From: Cyanobacteria bacterium P01_D01_bin.156
GTDB lineage: Bacteria > Cyanobacteriota > Cyanobacteriia > Phormidesmidales > Phormidesmidaceae
DNA length: 64,000 bases
Reading direction: 5' to 3'
Assembly (NCBI GenBank): GCA_039024555.1
Contig: JBCCQQ010000010.1
Location: 32,001-96,000 of the forward strand
Below, piece by piece: positions 51,473-63,043 of this stretch (position 1 is its first letter; every line of letters begins with the position of its first letter). Below the pieces are notes generated by a model, which was given only the letters and a program-made list of their open reading frames with translations, was not told the DNA's origin and made no database searches. A program made the translations under genes and the position numbers.

Positions 51473-54120
51473 TGTCTGTTTCCCCTTCTCCTAATGGGCA
51501 GGCACAAGGCCAGCCCCTACTGTCCAATGCCCCTCTGTGGCGGCTGGCCTGGCGACGTATCCAGCGCCGTCCGTTTCAGTACGTTCTGTTTATCTTGGGT
51601 ATCGCCATCGGTGTAGCCATGATGGTGTCCATTGACCTGGCGAACGGGTCAGCCCAGCGTGCCTTTGCTTTGTCTACAGATGCCATTGCCGGACGCACTA
51701 CCCATCGCATTGAGGCCATTTCTCCCGTTGGTATTGACGAATCTCTCTATCAAGAACTGCGTACCGACCTCGGCTATACCCGCTCCGCCCCCATCGTCGA
51801 AGGCTATGTGGTGGCAGAAGATTTGGACCGCCAGCCCATGCGGCTGGTGGGTGTGGACTTTTTTGCTGAGGCTCCCTTTCGTAGCTATTTGGGTAGCAAC
51901 AGCGATAGTGGTGCAGGTGTAGAAGCGCTAACCACATTTCTCACCGAACCCAATACGGTCATTCTTGCGAAGGATACCGCTGCTGAATATGGCGTGCAGG
52001 TGGGCAACAGTTTAGAACTCACACTGGCGGGCCAGCCCATTGATGCCAAGGTGGTGGGCATTTTGCAACCGGCCAACGCCCTTACCCGCGACGCCCTCAG
52101 TAATGTGTTGTTCACTGACATCGCTTCGGCCCAAGAAGTGTTGGGGATGCAGGGTCACCTCAGTCACATTGACCTAATTGCGGATAGCGATGCAGACCTG
52201 GCTCCCATTCAGGAGATTTTGCCGGAAGGGATAAAACTGGAAACTGCTCAAGCCCAGAAAAATGCAGTACAGCAGATGACGGCGGCCTTTGAACTAAACC
52301 TGACGGCTTTGAGTTTGTTGGCCCTGGTTGTCGGTATGTTTTTGATCTACAACACCGTCACCTTTAGCGTCATTCAGCGGCGTAAGCTATTTGGCACTCT
52401 GCGCTGTTTGGGCGTTACCCAAGGGCAGCTGTTCCAGCTGATTATGGGGGAATCCCTGGTACTTAGCATTGTGGGTTCTATTATTGGTCTGGGTCTGGGT
52501 GTAGTCCTGGGTCGCAGCATTGTAGGACTGATTACCCAGAGTATTAACGACTTTTACTTTGTGGTGTATGTGCGGGACATTAGCCTCAGCAATATCACCC
52601 TGGTGAAGGGCATGGCCATTGGTATTTTTGCCGCCCTATTTGCGTCGCTGATTCCGGCACTGGAAGCCATGGGCACCTCACCTAATAGCAGTCTGAAGCG
52701 CTCTACGTTAGAGGGGAAAGTGCAACAGATTTTGCCCTGGCTAGTGCTGGCCTGGGGACTCTTTACCATCGGTGGTGCTGGGTTGCTGAGCCTGAAAAAT
52801 GGCGGATTGGTGATTGCCTTTGCCGGTCTGTTTGCGATCTTGCTGGCGGCGGCGCTGTTAACCCCACCGCTTACCGCCGCACTGATGCAGGTGTTTACCC
52901 CGGTGCTCAATGGACTGCTAGGGGTGATTGGCAAGATGGCTCCGAGGGATATTATTCGGTCGTTGAGTCGGACTTCGATTGCGATCGCATCCCTAATGGT
53001 GGCAGTCTCCGTTATTGTCGGTGTATCCGTTATGGTGGGCTCCTTTAGAACCACCGTGGTGCAATGGCTAGACCAAACTCTCCAGGCGGATATATATGTT
53101 ACTCCACCCAGCACTACAGCCAATCGAGTGTTGGGCAGCGTTGACCCTAGCGTTGTTGCCGAAGCCTATACCTGGCCCGAAATTGACCATATTGTTACCT
53201 ACAACGACACCGATGTAGACGTTATTGCCTTTAACCGCGATACGGCATCTTCCGAATTCACCGTTAACCGCTCCGCCAAACTAATCTCCGCCGATGGCGA
53301 CGTGTCCGACGGTCAGCGTCCCTACGCCTGGATTCGCGATGATGTAAAAGACCCCTGGCCCCAGCTGGATTCTGGCGAAGGGGTGATTATCTCCGAAGCC
53401 TTGATGCTGCGTGCCGGTGTTTCTGCTCCCCCGGAAACGGTCACCCTAAAATCTCCCCAGGGGCCAATGACCTTCCCGGTGGTAGCAGTGTTCTATGACT
53501 ATTCTTCCGATCGCGGTACCATTCTTCTCGATAACGATCTGTATTTAGAAGCTTGGCAAGACAACAGCATCGCTTCCCTTGGTTTGTTTGTAAAACCTGG
53601 CATTGATGTGGATGGCGTTGTTTCCCACCTAAGACGCACATTTAAAGGTCGTCAAGATCTGGTTGCCCAGTCTAACCGCAACCTGCGTCAGGGTTCTCTC
53701 GAAATCTTTGACCGCACCTTTGCCATCACTGGGGCCTTACGACTGCTTGCCGTTGTGGTTGCGTTTATTGGTGTACTTAGTGCCCTGATGAGTCTCCAGC
53801 TAGAACGCACCCGAGAGTTGGGCATTCTCCGCGCCAACGGCATGACTCCATTACAAATGTGGCAAATCACCCTATTGGAAACGGGCATCATGGGTAGCCT
53901 GGCCGGATTTTTTGCCATGCCCCTGGGCTATGTCCTTGCCTGGATCTTGATCTATGTGATTAATGTCCGCTCCTTTGGGTGGACCCTCCAGATGCAGATC
54001 GAACCGGGCTATTTCTGGCAAGCCTGGATTGTTGCCGTAGTTGCTGCCCTGCTAGCTGGTGTATATCCCGCCTGGCGACTTAGCAAAATGGTTGTTGCCA
54101 CCGCTATTCGGGAGGAGTAA
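51472..54120 (+). CDS. FtsX/MacB-like ABC permease (AttFG-like)
   Basis: Duplicated MacB-PCD/FtsX architecture; INVRSFGW. Confidence 0.88.
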   Translation: MSVSPSPNGQAQGQPLLSNAPLWRLAWRRIQRRPFQYVLFILGIAIGVAMMVSIDLANGSAQRAFALSTDAIAGRTTHRIEAISPVGIDESLYQELRTDLGYTRSAPIVEGYVVAEDLDRQPMRLVGVDFFAEAPFRSYLGSNSDSGAGVEALTTFLTEPNTVILAKDTAAEYGVQVGNSLELTLAGQPIDAKVVGILQPANALTRDALSNVLFTDIASAQEVLGMQGHLSHIDLIADSDADLAPIQEILPEGIKLETAQAQKNAVQQMTAAFELNLTALSLLALVVGMFLIYNTVTFSVIQRRKLFGTLRCLGVTQGQLFQLIMGESLVLSIVGSIIGLGLGVVLGRSIVGLITQSINDFYFVVYVRDISLSNITLVKGMAIGIFAALFASLIPALEAMGTSPNSSLKRSTLEGKVQQILPWLVLAWGLFTIGGAGLLSLKNGGLVIAFAGLFAILLAAALLTPPLTAALMQVFTPVLNGLLGVIGKMAPRDIIRSLSRTSIAIASLMVAVSVIVGVSVMVGSFRTTVVQWLDQTLQADIYVTPPSTTANRVLGSVDPSVVAEAYTWPEIDHIVTYNDTDVDVIAFNRDTASSEFTVNRSAKLISADGDVSDGQRPYAWIRDDVKDPWPQLDSGEGVIISEALMLRAGVSAPPETVTLKSPQGPMTFPVVAVFYDYSSDRGTILLDNDLYLEAWQDNSIASLGLFVKPGIDVDGVVSHLRRTFKGRQDLVAQSNRNLRQGSLEIFDRTFAITGALRLLAVVVAFIGVLSALMSLQLERTRELGILRANGMTPLQMWQITLLETGIMGSLAGFFAMPLGYVLAWILIYVINVRSFGWTLQMQIEPGYFWQAWIVAVVAALLAGVYPAWRLSKMVVATAIREE

Positions 54121-54170
54121 CAAGAATGAGTTTGTTTAGATCATTAATGTCAGGCATAGAAGAATCTCTA

Positions 54171-54267
54171 TCCCCCTTTAGAAGGGAGATTACAGGGGGT
54201 CTTCGAGCACCTGCACTAACGACTGAAGACCCCTCTGCCTCCGGCACCTCCCCTTGGTAAGGGGAGG
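54171..54267. repeat. REP-like CCCCTT/AAGGGG hairpin pair
   Basis: TCCCCCTTTAGAAGGGAGA and perfect CCTCCCCTT-GGT-AAGGGGAGG (54247-54267). Confidence 0.65.
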
Positions 54268-54325
54268 ACGAACTTAAGCATTCTCTATACACCACAAAAC
54301 TCTCCTCCTAAATCGTTATCTCCCC

Positions 54326-55486
54326 ATGAAACGCCTTCCCCTCGTCCTTCTTTCCATTGCCCTCGTCCTGACCGTTGCCCTCTGGCCCCGACCAGGCATC
54401 ACCAACAGCGGCCAAGCCTCCGTTGAATGGCTCTCTGGCCAGGATGCTGAAACCTCTCAAAACTTTGCCCGAGTTACTGAACCCAAGGCCCTAAGCTTCC
54501 CAGAAGATCTAGGTGCCCACAGCGAATACCAAACCGAGTGGTGGTATTACACCGGCAACCTAGAGACTAAATCAGGACGAGAGTTTGGCTATCAGCTCAC
54601 CTTCTTCCGTCGTGCCCTCACCCCAGAGACAGCAGATGTCGCAAACGTATCTGACTGGCGTTCCAATCAGGTGTACTTCTCCCATTTCACCATTAGCGAT
54701 ATCAAAAACAACGACTTCTACCCCCACGAACGCTTTAGCCGTGGCTCAGCTGCCCTATCCGGAGCCCAGGCCACGCCCTATCGTGTGTGGTTAGAAGACT
54801 GGTCAGCAACAGAGACCGAATCGGGTAACGTCCATCTTGTTGCGGATGCTGATGATGTGGCTCTGGATTTAACGCTGGCAGAAACATTGCCCCCGGTGCT
54901 CCAGGGAGATCGGGGTTATAGCAAAAAAGGTCCTGAACCAGGTAACGCCTCTTACTACTATTCCATTGTGCAACAGCAGGCTGAGGGCACCATCACCGTA
55001 GGCGATGAAGCCTTTGATGTGAGTGGTCTCACCTGGAAAGATCATGAATATTCCACCAGTGCCCTTAGCCCAGGCACCATCGGTTGGGATTGGTTTTCAC
55101 TTCAGCTAGATGATGGTTCAGCCCTCATGCTCTATGGTTTGCGTTTAGAAAATGGAGAGATTGCCGATGTGTCTGCCGGTAAGTATGTTGGCGCTGATGG
55201 TACAACTCAGACCATTGACCACACCGACTGGCAAATTGATGTCTTGGATACCTGGCATAGCCCCAATAGTAAAGCTGATTATCCCGCCCAGTGGCATATC
55301 GAGATTCCCAAGCTAGAGCTGGTATTGGATGGCAAACCGCTAATGTCTAACCAGGAGTTAGAGTTTGCTAGAACCTATTGGGAGGGGGCCGTTAGCTTTA
55401 TCGGTACGGTCGCCAATCAGCCGGTGAGCGCGAAGGGCTATATAGAAATGACCGGCTATGCCGATCGTCTAGATGCTGTTCTTTAA
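54326..55486 (+). CDS. AttH/CrtC-like lipocalin-domain protein
   Basis: FPEDLGAH..EWWYYTGNL, ASYYYS, WKDHE, GWDWFSLQL, YWEG, GYIEMTGY. Confidence 0.85.
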   Translation: MKRLPLVLLSIALVLTVALWPRPGITNSGQASVEWLSGQDAETSQNFARVTEPKALSFPEDLGAHSEYQTEWWYYTGNLETKSGREFGYQLTFFRRALTPETADVANVSDWRSNQVYFSHFTISDIKNNDFYPHERFSRGSAALSGAQATPYRVWLEDWSATETESGNVHLVADADDVALDLTLAETLPPVLQGDRGYSKKGPEPGNASYYYSIVQQQAEGTITVGDEAFDVSGLTWKDHEYSTSALSPGTIGWDWFSLQLDDGSALMLYGLRLENGEIADVSAGKYVGADGTTQTIDHTDWQIDVLDTWHSPNSKADYPAQWHIEIPKLELVLDGKPLMSNQELEFARTYWEGAVSFIGTVANQPVSAKGYIEMTGYADRLDAVL

Positions 55487-55776
55487 GACTGACGATTTGT
55501 CCTTGCTGATTTAGAAGACAAAGCTGGCCAGGTTTATAGATTTGGTTGGCCTCATAAAATCACTTTGATGAGCAGTGTGACTTTTCCTGCTAACCTTAGA
55601 ATCGTCTTACAGCAGGGACTTACGCTGGATTAAATCCAGCGCTCATGGGGATGTTTTCCGCTAAAGGGACAGCTGGTTGGATAGCTCCAGCGATCGTGTC
55701 TCTTCAGTTTAATGAACAAAACCATGATTTTAATTTTTAACAAGCCCTTAGCTATAATTGTGGGCAACTTTCCTGG

Positions 55777-56397
55777 ATGCCAGGTATGACCAATCTGCTC
55801 GTTAAATCTGTACAGGCAGCAGTGCCGATTAATCTGTCTTCGCTGACAACCCTGGCAAAGATGAGCAATCAGCAGTTCTATGAGTTTTGCCGCACAAATC
55901 CTGAGCTGCGGATTGAGCGTAGTGCAGACGGAGAAATTATTGTAATGCCCCCCGCCTTTTCGGATACTGGCAACCGTAATGGCAGAATCTTCGGCCAGCT
56001 TTTCATTTGGTCAGAGGCAGACGGCACAGGCGAAGCCTTCGATTCTAGTTCGGGTTTTACGCTACCCAATGGAGCCATGCGTTCTCCCGATGCAGCGTGG
56101 ATTTTAGCTGAGCGTTGGCGGGCGCTGACTCCAGAACAGCAGGCATCATTTGCTCCAATTGTGCCCGATTTTGTTGTGGAACTCCGTTCTAGCAGTGATA
56201 CACTAGCGAGTCTTCAAGAGAAGATGGAAGAATATATCGCCAATGGAGTGCGGCTAGGTCTATTAATTGACAGAAAAAGTTGCCAAGTTTATATTTATCG
56301 CCCTAGTCAGACAATAGAGGTTTTAGAAAACCCTGAATCTGTTAGCTGTGAACCCGAACTGTCAAAGTTTGAGCTGAAGATGGCTAAGATTTGGTGA
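55777..56397 (+). CDS. Uma2 (DUF820) family endonuclease-like protein
   Basis: FDSSSGFTLPNGAMRSPDAAW, PDFVVELRS, KMEEYIANGVRLG. Confidence 0.9.
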   Translation: MPGMTNLLVKSVQAAVPINLSSLTTLAKMSNQQFYEFCRTNPELRIERSADGEIIVMPPAFSDTGNRNGRIFGQLFIWSEADGTGEAFDSSSGFTLPNGAMRSPDAAWILAERWRALTPEQQASFAPIVPDFVVELRSSSDTLASLQEKMEEYIANGVRLGLLIDRKSCQVYIYRPSQTIEVLENPESVSCEPELSKFELKMAKIW

Positions 56398-56553
56398 GAT
56401 TGTGTCACCGAACTCAGTTGGGCAAACCCAACTGGTTATGAGGGCAATCCGACCTCCACACAAGAATTATTTACGGATAGGCTATTAGAGAGCGGTAGAC
56501 ATTGAGCCGCTCACCCATCCCAGCAACAGAAAACCCTATCCAACAAGCTAATT

Positions 56554-57171
56554 ATGCTGCAATCACTTCTCGATTTGCTGCAGCAGATCGATCTATCCGC
56601 CCTTGGCGATCTCAGCGAACTTGACTGGACTAATATTGCCACCTATGGCGCTCTAACGGTAGCGTTTGCCGGCATAGTCTGGACCACAGCTAAAAACTTT
56701 CTCAAAGTACTATGGCAGAAAACCGAAGGACTGATTGGGTTTACCGTCAGTACCCTGGTTGTTATCTCTCTTTGGTACACCCTGCTGCGAGTCCATGTCA
56801 GCATTTCCTTTAACCTGGACAAAGAAGTTTTTGATAATCTTCTTTGGTTCTCGGCAATTCTCTTTACGCCCTATTATTTAATTCATTACAATCTCCTCAT
56901 GGGTTTCTTGGTAACGGTTGTTAGAACCCTGGAGCTTGTTTTAGATCTGCTTATTTTCTCCTGGTTCCCAAAAAAAGCAGAACAGAATCGTGAAAAATGG
57001 AAAAACCGCATCGGTGGTCTGTCCCACACTTGGAAGGACGCTGTAGGCTTCCTATTGCGGAAAGAGCCTGCCCTAGTTCCAACGGGTGAGGTTTCATCAA
57101 ATGAAGTAACCACCAATGACTCAAACATTGCTGCCATGGAAATCGGATCAGATGAGGCGGCTGCAACCTAG
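56554..57171 (+). CDS. Hypothetical membrane protein
   Basis: 205 aa with 3-4 hydrophobic segments. Confidence 0.6.
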   Translation: MLQSLLDLLQQIDLSALGDLSELDWTNIATYGALTVAFAGIVWTTAKNFLKVLWQKTEGLIGFTVSTLVVISLWYTLLRVHVSISFNLDKEVFDNLLWFSAILFTPYYLIHYNLLMGFLVTVVRTLELVLDLLIFSWFPKKAEQNREKWKNRIGGLSHTWKDAVGFLLRKEPALVPTGEVSSNEVTTNDSNIAAMEIGSDEAAAT

Positions 57172-57327
57172 ACCAAAGCGATAGCTGATTTAGAGGATGA
57201 AACGTTTTGCATACCTGCATCTTTTAGATAAAATCATGCTTCAAAGCACCAAAGCTACAACGAACACATTCAGCAGACGGATTGGGAAGTTACGATAGAC
57301 CCATAGAGGAATTTTTGGTGCTTCCTG

Positions 57328-57927
57328 ATGTCTGCACAAAAGTTTGATCGTCGACTGCTTTTGCGGCTAGGGCCTGCTACCCTGGCTTCGTTTTTATCCG
57401 TAACCTGTAGCCAATCAGTATTCTCAAAAAAGACGACAAATAAATCGCTGACAGTGACACCCGCCTGTGGTGAGGATGCGGTTACTCCATCGCAAACGGC
57501 TGGTCCTTTTTACACACCGGACTCTCCAGAGCGACAGTCCTTATTAGAGCCAGGATTTTCCGGTGATGTGATGGTACTCACGGGGCGAGTGCTATCGTCG
57601 CAATGTGTCCCTGTGGCTGGAGCCTTAGTAGACTGTTGGCATACCAATACCCAGGGTGAGTACGATAACAGTGGCTACCAGTTCCGTGGTCATCAGTTTA
57701 CGGATGCCGATGGTCGATATCGCATCGAGACCATTGTTCCTGGACTCTATCCTGGACGCACCCGTCATTTCCATATGAAGGTGCAGGCTGCCAATCAGGC
57801 AATACTTACAACACAGCTTTATTTCCCAGGGGAACCCGAAAACCAAGGAGATTTTCTCTTTAACCCATTACTCTTAATGTCGATGAGTGACGATCTTAAA
57901 CACGCAAGCTTTGATTTTGTTGTGTAG
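57328..57927 (+). CDS. Intradiol ring-cleavage dioxygenase-like protein with Tat-type signal
   Basis: GPFY, GEYD, PGLYPGRTRHFH (Tyr/Tyr/His/His ligands), TTQLYF; DRRLLL. Confidence 0.85.
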   Translation: MSAQKFDRRLLLRLGPATLASFLSVTCSQSVFSKKTTNKSLTVTPACGEDAVTPSQTAGPFYTPDSPERQSLLEPGFSGDVMVLTGRVLSSQCVPVAGALVDCWHTNTQGEYDNSGYQFRGHQFTDADGRYRIETIVPGLYPGRTRHFHMKVQAANQAILTTQLYFPGEPENQGDFLFNPLLLMSMSDDLKHASFDFVV

Positions 57928-57957
57928 CAGCCAATGATTAACTGTATGGGCCAGTTA

Positions 57958-58569
57958 TTAAAGAACCGTTGGCGGTAGATCAACGCCAATCATGTTGTGA
58001 TTAATGTCCGTGGCACAGTCCACCGTAGTAACGTATTCCCCGTCAATTTCTACAGTGACCCCCCCTTCAGGCGGTTGCTCAATATTTAAGCGATCGCGCG
58101 CCCAGAAAACGGTGTAGAGAGTATTCCCATTGGGCACGCTGACTGAATAGCTTTCATATCGGCCAAAGCCCTCCCACTGATAGGTAGAGGCTTCATTCCT
58201 AGGAACATTCAGCACTAGTTCTGGCTGCTGTTCTGGACCAAACACATACTGAATCGAGCTGCCCAGGTCATTGACTTCAAGGACTTTACCCTGAGCTGTT
58301 CGACAAAAAAATAAAGAGCTGCCGAAGCCTTGAGCAGCTTCTGCAGGAGCAGAGGCCTCAGCGGCTCCGGCTATGTCTGTTGTCGGATCAGATACAGCAG
58401 AATTCCCAGCGGTGGGAGTAACCAGTGGGGCCACACTTTCTGTGGCAGCTGAGTCAGTAGCCTCTAAAGTAACGCTCTCTGAAACAGCTGAATCAGGTGT
58501 ACAGCTACCTAGAAGCATCGCTATGACTAGCAAATAGCCTGAACTCATGGACCACGAGAACTTCATCAT
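57958..58569 (-). CDS. Hypothetical lipoprotein
   Basis: Lipobox LLGSC, Ala/Ser-rich linker, C-terminal domain with two Cys. Confidence 0.7.
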   Translation of the reverse strand: MMKFSWSMSSGYLLVIAMLLGSCTPDSAVSESVTLEATDSAATESVAPLVTPTAGNSAVSDPTTDIAGAAEASAPAEAAQGFGSSLFFCRTAQGKVLEVNDLGSSIQYVFGPEQQPELVLNVPRNEASTYQWEGFGRYESYSVSVPNGNTLYTVFWARDRLNIEQPPEGGVTVEIDGEYVTTVDCATDINHNMIGVDLPPTVL

Positions 58570-58590
58570 TAGCCCTCTGCCTCCCTATCG

Positions 58591-61500
58591 CTAAAGCATG
58601 GCTAAACGTTCCCGTAGTAGCTTGGCCTGAGTTTCGGCTTCTACTAGAGAATCCCGCGCTTCCTGCACCACATGCTCAGGAGCTTTGCTTACAAAACCCT
58701 TGTTGCTTAAACGACCGTTGATGGATTTGATCTCTCCTTCTACCTTGGCTAAGGATTTTTCTAGCTTTTGCTTTAGGGCATCCACATCTACCAAACCGGT
58801 TAATGGAATTAGCACCTGTACAGTACCAAATACCCCAGCAAACATCTGTCGATTGTCTGTTGGCTCATCGATTGTGAATTCTGAGCTATCTGAACCAGAC
58901 GTTTCCTTGTTAAAGGTACCTACCACTTCATCCCAGAATTCGGTGGTATTATCCCAAAGCTGTCGCCGGTTTGTACCCTTCAGCAGATAGCGCCCACCAA
59001 ACCAGGTGGTGTACCCGAAACCAATCATCTGGAAAAATCTGCCCACAAACGGTAGCGTATTCAGACCTTTCACCACAGCTGCAGCTAGTTCTAGGCTTAC
59101 AGCGCTTAGTAACAACAACAGCGCTACAGACGCTGGCTTTTTAGCTGCGTTGTAAGCTTGATTTGCGTATCCTAGGGGATGCTTTAACAGGGTTTGAATT
59201 GCATCAACTCCATCCCCCCAGTCGATTTCTGGAAGGGCGTCAGGATCAGATGAGTCTGTTTTTTCAGTCTCCTCAGATGGTTCAACACCTTCATCCGTTG
59301 GTGTGGCCACCGGTAATGTGGCTGCAGTCAAAGTAGTATTACCAATAGTTAGGGCTTCTACCTTTGCAGCATCTTTTAGATACACCTGAGTAGCGTTTAG
59401 AATGCGGATCTCGTCGGTGTCATCCGTTTTCAAGATGGCTTCAATCTTGGCCGAGGGTTTTACCCCCGCTGCGGCCCGTAGGTTACGAATAGTACGGATG
59501 GTGCCAATCAGTAGATCAAAGTCTTTTTCTAACTCAGCATCTACCAGATCCGTTTGGACAGTGGGATAGGGCTGTACGGCTAGATAGGTATTCTCATCTG
59601 CCTGGGTCAGGGTATGCCACACTTCCTCAGTGATGTGGGGTGTGAAGGGATGCATCAACTTGAGAATGCCATCCAGCACAAAGGACAGAGTTTGCTGAGC
59701 CACTCGCTTGGAGCCCTCGTCTTTACCGTAAAGGCGAGGTTTTACGAGCTCAATGTACCAGTCGCAAAAGTCTCCCCAGGTAAATTCGTACAGTACCTTG
59801 GCGGCTTCACCCATGCCGTACTTATCGAGATATTCCCGAGTGGTTGTAATGGTTTGATTGAACTTGGAGAGAATCCACTTGTCTGCCAATTCCAGTTTGG
59901 CAGTGTCAGGTTCACCTAAATCAGCAGGTGTTTTGCCACCCAAGTTCATCATCACAAACCGAGAGGCATTCCACAGTTTGTTGGTAAAGTTTCGAGATGC
60001 CTCTACCGAGGAGGATTCATCGGTTTTGCGGTTATAGTCTAGACGAATGTCCTGTCCGGCACCTGCCACTTCACGGATTAAGGTATAGCGTAGGGCATCG
60101 GTGCCATACTTGTTGATCAGCACCAGTGGGTCAATCCCATTGCCCTTGGACTTGGACATTTTCTGATTTTTCTCGTCCCGAACCAGTCCGTGGATATAGA
60201 CGGTCTCAAAGGGCATAGTGTCGGTAAAATGCCCCGCCATCATGGTCATGCGGGCTACCCAGAAAAAGATAATGTCAAATCCAGTTACCAATGTGGTGGT
60301 GGGGTAGTAGGTTTGAAAGTCTTTGGCGGTCTCATCGGGCCAGCCCATGGTGGAAAAGGGCCATAAACCAGATGAAAACCAAGTGTCGAGAACGTCGGGA
60401 TCTTGTTTTAGTTCAACATTGTCTCCAAACTGTTCAGCCGCCTTGGCCTTTGCTTCTTCTTCGGATGCGGCAACAAAAAAGGGCGTATCGTCCGTAATCT
60501 CTCCATTTGTTTGGCTAACGGCATACCAGGCAGGAATTTGGTGACCCCACCACAGCTGTCGAGAAATACACCAGTCTCGCAGGTTCACTAACCAGTCTCG
60601 GTATACCTTAGTCCACCGCTCAGGAACAAACTTAGGAGATTGGTGATTGTCCAAGGCAGCTAGAGCTTTATCTGCCATGGGGCGAATTTTGACAAACCAC
60701 TGGGTGGATAGCAGAGGTTCTACTGGTACCTTGCCGCGATCGCTATAGGGAACGCTGTGCTGATAGTCTTCAACGCGTACTAGAGCATCCACCTCATCCA
60801 GGGCTGCAACTACCTGTTTGCGGGCTTCAAACCGGTCCAAGCCTTCAAACTTGCCCGCGTTTTCATTCATCGACCCGTCCTTGTTCATGATGTTAATCAT
60901 GGGCAGGTTGTGGCGCTCACCCATAGCAAAATCATTGGGGTCGTGGGCCGGTGTGACCTTGACGCAGCCGGTACCAAATTCTTTGTCTACATAGTCGTCG
61001 GCAATGATGGGAATCTCGCGACCCACCAAAGGCAGGGTGAGGGTTTTGCCCACCATGTCCTGGTAACGCTCATCCTGAGGATTGACGGCCACCGCCGTAT
61101 CTCCCAGCATGGTTTCGGGTCGGGTGGTGGCCACTTCCACATAACCGGACCCATCGGTCAGCGGGTAGCGAAAATGCCACAGGTTGCCGTCAACGTCCTT
61201 ATTCTCAACTTCTACATCCGATACGGCAGACTGGCTGGCGGGACACCAGTTGACCATGTAGTTGCCGCGATAAATTAGACCTTCTTCGTAGAGCTTAGTG
61301 AAGGCTTGCAGGACCGCTTTGGACAGTCCTTCATCCATGGTGAACCGCTCGCGGGTCCAGTCTACGGAAACGCCCAGCTTGCGCAACTGGTTAACAATGG
61401 TACCGCCGGACTCTGCTTTCCATTCCCAGGCGCGCTCTAGAAACTTTTCGCGGCCTACATCTTCTCGGTTTTTACCTTGGGCCTTGAGTTCTCTTTCCAG

Positions 61501-61788
61501 AATGGTTTGTACAGCAATGCTGGCGTGGTCAGTACCTGGTAGCCACAAAGTATTGCGACCATTCATCCGCTGGTAACGTACCAGGGTATCAATCAGTGCA
61601 TTCTCAAAGGCATGCCCCATGTGAAGGCTACCAGTGACGTTCGGTGGCGGAATCACTACGCAAAACGGGTCCCCACCATGGTCTGGATCGGCCTTAAACA
61701 CAGCATTATCTTCCCAAGCGGCTTGCCACTTGGACTCGGTCTGAGATGGATCGTACTGGCTCGATAGGTTGGGGACAGTTGCGGTCAT
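58591..61788 (-). CDS. valS: Valyl-tRNA synthetase with CAAD insertion
   Basis: [30 protein letters not shown]-terminal coiled coil; hydrophobic CAAD insert. Confidence 0.97.
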   Translation of the reverse strand: MTATVPNLSSQYDPSQTESKWQAAWEDNAVFKADPDHGGDPFCVVIPPPNVTGSLHMGHAFENALIDTLVRYQRMNGRNTLWLPGTDHASIAVQTILERELKAQGKNREDVGREKFLERAWEWKAESGGTIVNQLRKLGVSVDWTRERFTMDEGLSKAVLQAFTKLYEEGLIYRGNYMVNWCPASQSAVSDVEVENKDVDGNLWHFRYPLTDGSGYVEVATTRPETMLGDTAVAVNPQDERYQDMVGKTLTLPLVGREIPIIADDYVDKEFGTGCVKVTPAHDPNDFAMGERHNLPMINIMNKDGSMNENAGKFEGLDRFEARKQVVAALDEVDALVRVEDYQHSVPYSDRGKVPVEPLLSTQWFVKIRPMADKALAALDNHQSPKFVPERWTKVYRDWLVNLRDWCISRQLWWGHQIPAWYAVSQTNGEITDDTPFFVAASEEEAKAKAAEQFGDNVELKQDPDVLDTWFSSGLWPFSTMGWPDETAKDFQTYYPTTTLVTGFDIIFFWVARMTMMAGHFTDTMPFETVYIHGLVRDEKNQKMSKSKGNGIDPLVLINKYGTDALRYTLIREVAGAGQDIRLDYNRKTDESSSVEASRNFTNKLWNASRFVMMNLGGKTPADLGEPDTAKLELADKWILSKFNQTITTTREYLDKYGMGEAAKVLYEFTWGDFCDWYIELVKPRLYGKDEGSKRVAQQTLSFVLDGILKLMHPFTPHITEEVWHTLTQADENTYLAVQPYPTVQTDLVDAELEKDFDLLIGTIRTIRNLRAAAGVKPSAKIEAILKTDDTDEIRILNATQVYLKDAAKVEALTIGNTTLTAATLPVATPTDEGVEPSEETEKTDSSDPDALPEIDWGDGVDAIQTLLKHPLGYANQAYNAAKKPASVALLLLLSAVSLELAAAVVKGLNTLPFVGRFFQMIGFGYTTWFGGRYLLKGTNRRQLWDNTTEFWDEVVGTFNKETSGSDSSEFTIDEPTDNRQMFAGVFGTVQVLIPLTGLVDVDALKQKLEKSLAKVEGEIKSINGRLSNKGFVSKAPEHVVQEARDSLVEAETQAKLLRERLAML

Positions 61789-61874
61789 TGCCTGAGGGTG
61801 TTTAGCTTGTTACTGACTAACTCAATAATGTTAGGCCATAACTGGAAAGTCCGGAGTGTTATCCTGACAACGCA

Positions 61875-61913
61875 AAAATTTAAGGGGAAGTGCAGCACTT
61901 CCCCTTAAATTTT
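61875..61913. terminator. Perfect 19-bp inverted repeat, likely terminator of 61973..62308
   Basis: AAAATTTAAGGGGAAGTGC-A-GCACTTCCCCTTAAATTTT. Confidence 0.7.
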
Positions 61914-61972
61914 ACGTGTAAGTTCTTAAGTCCTATCAGCGTTGCTCTGCGATTAAGGCTAAAAGTCCGTCT

Positions 61973-62308
61973 TTAAAGCTGCTCTTCAACGACAGGTGTG
62001 TCTGTCACACTCGGTTGAGCGTCGATAGCTTCTTGCTGACGGCGGCGAAAATCACTGGCCGCTTCGTTGATGTTGCGATCGCTCTTACGACTAAATTCAC
62101 CTGTACTTAAACCATCGGCCCGGCGCAGGTTGCCTATAATGTCGGTCAGGCTCAAATCGCTGCCGCTAAACACCTCGTTACTATTGACATCCCCACTGAG
62201 ATCATCAAAGCCGCCATTGACTTGAGCCATGACTGGAGCAGTGACTAAACCCAGGGCAAATCCCAGACCGGTGACAGATGCCAATGTGTATTTAAGTATG
62301 CTTTTCAT
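61973..62308 (-). CDS. Small secreted hypothetical protein
   Basis: Signal peptide ending VMA-Q; NINEAASDFRRRQQE. Confidence 0.7.
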   Translation of the reverse strand: MKSILKYTLASVTGLGFALGLVTAPVMAQVNGGFDDLSGDVNSNEVFSGSDLSLTDIIGNLRRADGLSTGEFSRKSDRNINEAASDFRRRQQEAIDAQPSVTDTPVVEEQL

Positions 62309-62408
62309 GGTGAGGGTCTAAATAGTGCTGCAATTAACCATTCATGCCTACAGTTTAGCAAGACTATCTAGCATTGGTGTAAAGTCTGCGGCAGTTTTTG
62401 AATTGGTT

Positions 62409-63035
62409 CTAAGCCTCTGGTGGATCGTCTGAAAGACTGAAGATAGGCAGCATTAGCCCCCAAATAATGGCTGCCAGTCTCAGCCCTGCTACGACAGCCA
62501 TCCCCACAATCGCAGCCCATGGCTGAACTACACCAAAGGCTTGCAAAAGCAGATACATGCAAACACCCACAATCGCGGCGGTGGCATAAATCCGACTTCG
62601 CGTAAAGATTACGGGAATATCCGCCAATAGGACATCTCTTAGTAGGCCACCAGCTGTCCCGGTAATCGTTCCCATCACCACAACAAGCAGATTGCTGAGG
62701 GTAACCTGTTCTGCAATCTGTGCGCCACTAATTGAGAAAAGTGCTAAACCAAAGGCATCCGCTACTAGTAATGCTTTATGGGGCGGTGTGAAGAATTTGG
62801 CATAAATCACTGTTAATAAAACCGCACCTAGAATAACGGACAGATAAATGGGGTGCTCTATCCAAAAGACAGGATGTCGATCTAGCAAAATATCCCGTAG
62901 GGTGCCACCACCAGTTGCTGAAACAGCAGCAACAACGATAACACCCAATAAATCAAGTCGCTTTCGCCCAGCCGCTAAGGCACCACTAACTGCCGAGACC
63001 GCTACACCCAGCAACTCTAAAATATAGATAACCAC
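62409..63035 (-). CDS. TRIC/UPF0126 (YadS-like) membrane protein
   Basis: GGGTLRD and GGLLRD repeats, DAFGLALF. Confidence 0.88.
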   Translation of the reverse strand: MVIYILELLGVAVSAVSGALAAGRKRLDLLGVIVVAAVSATGGGTLRDILLDRHPVFWIEHPIYLSVILGAVLLTVIYAKFFTPPHKALLVADAFGLALFSISGAQIAEQVTLSNLLVVVMGTITGTAGGLLRDVLLADIPVIFTRSRIYATAAIVGVCMYLLLQAFGVVQPWAAIVGMAVVAGLRLAAIIWGLMLPIFSLSDDPPEA

Positions 63036-63043
63036 TGGCTACA

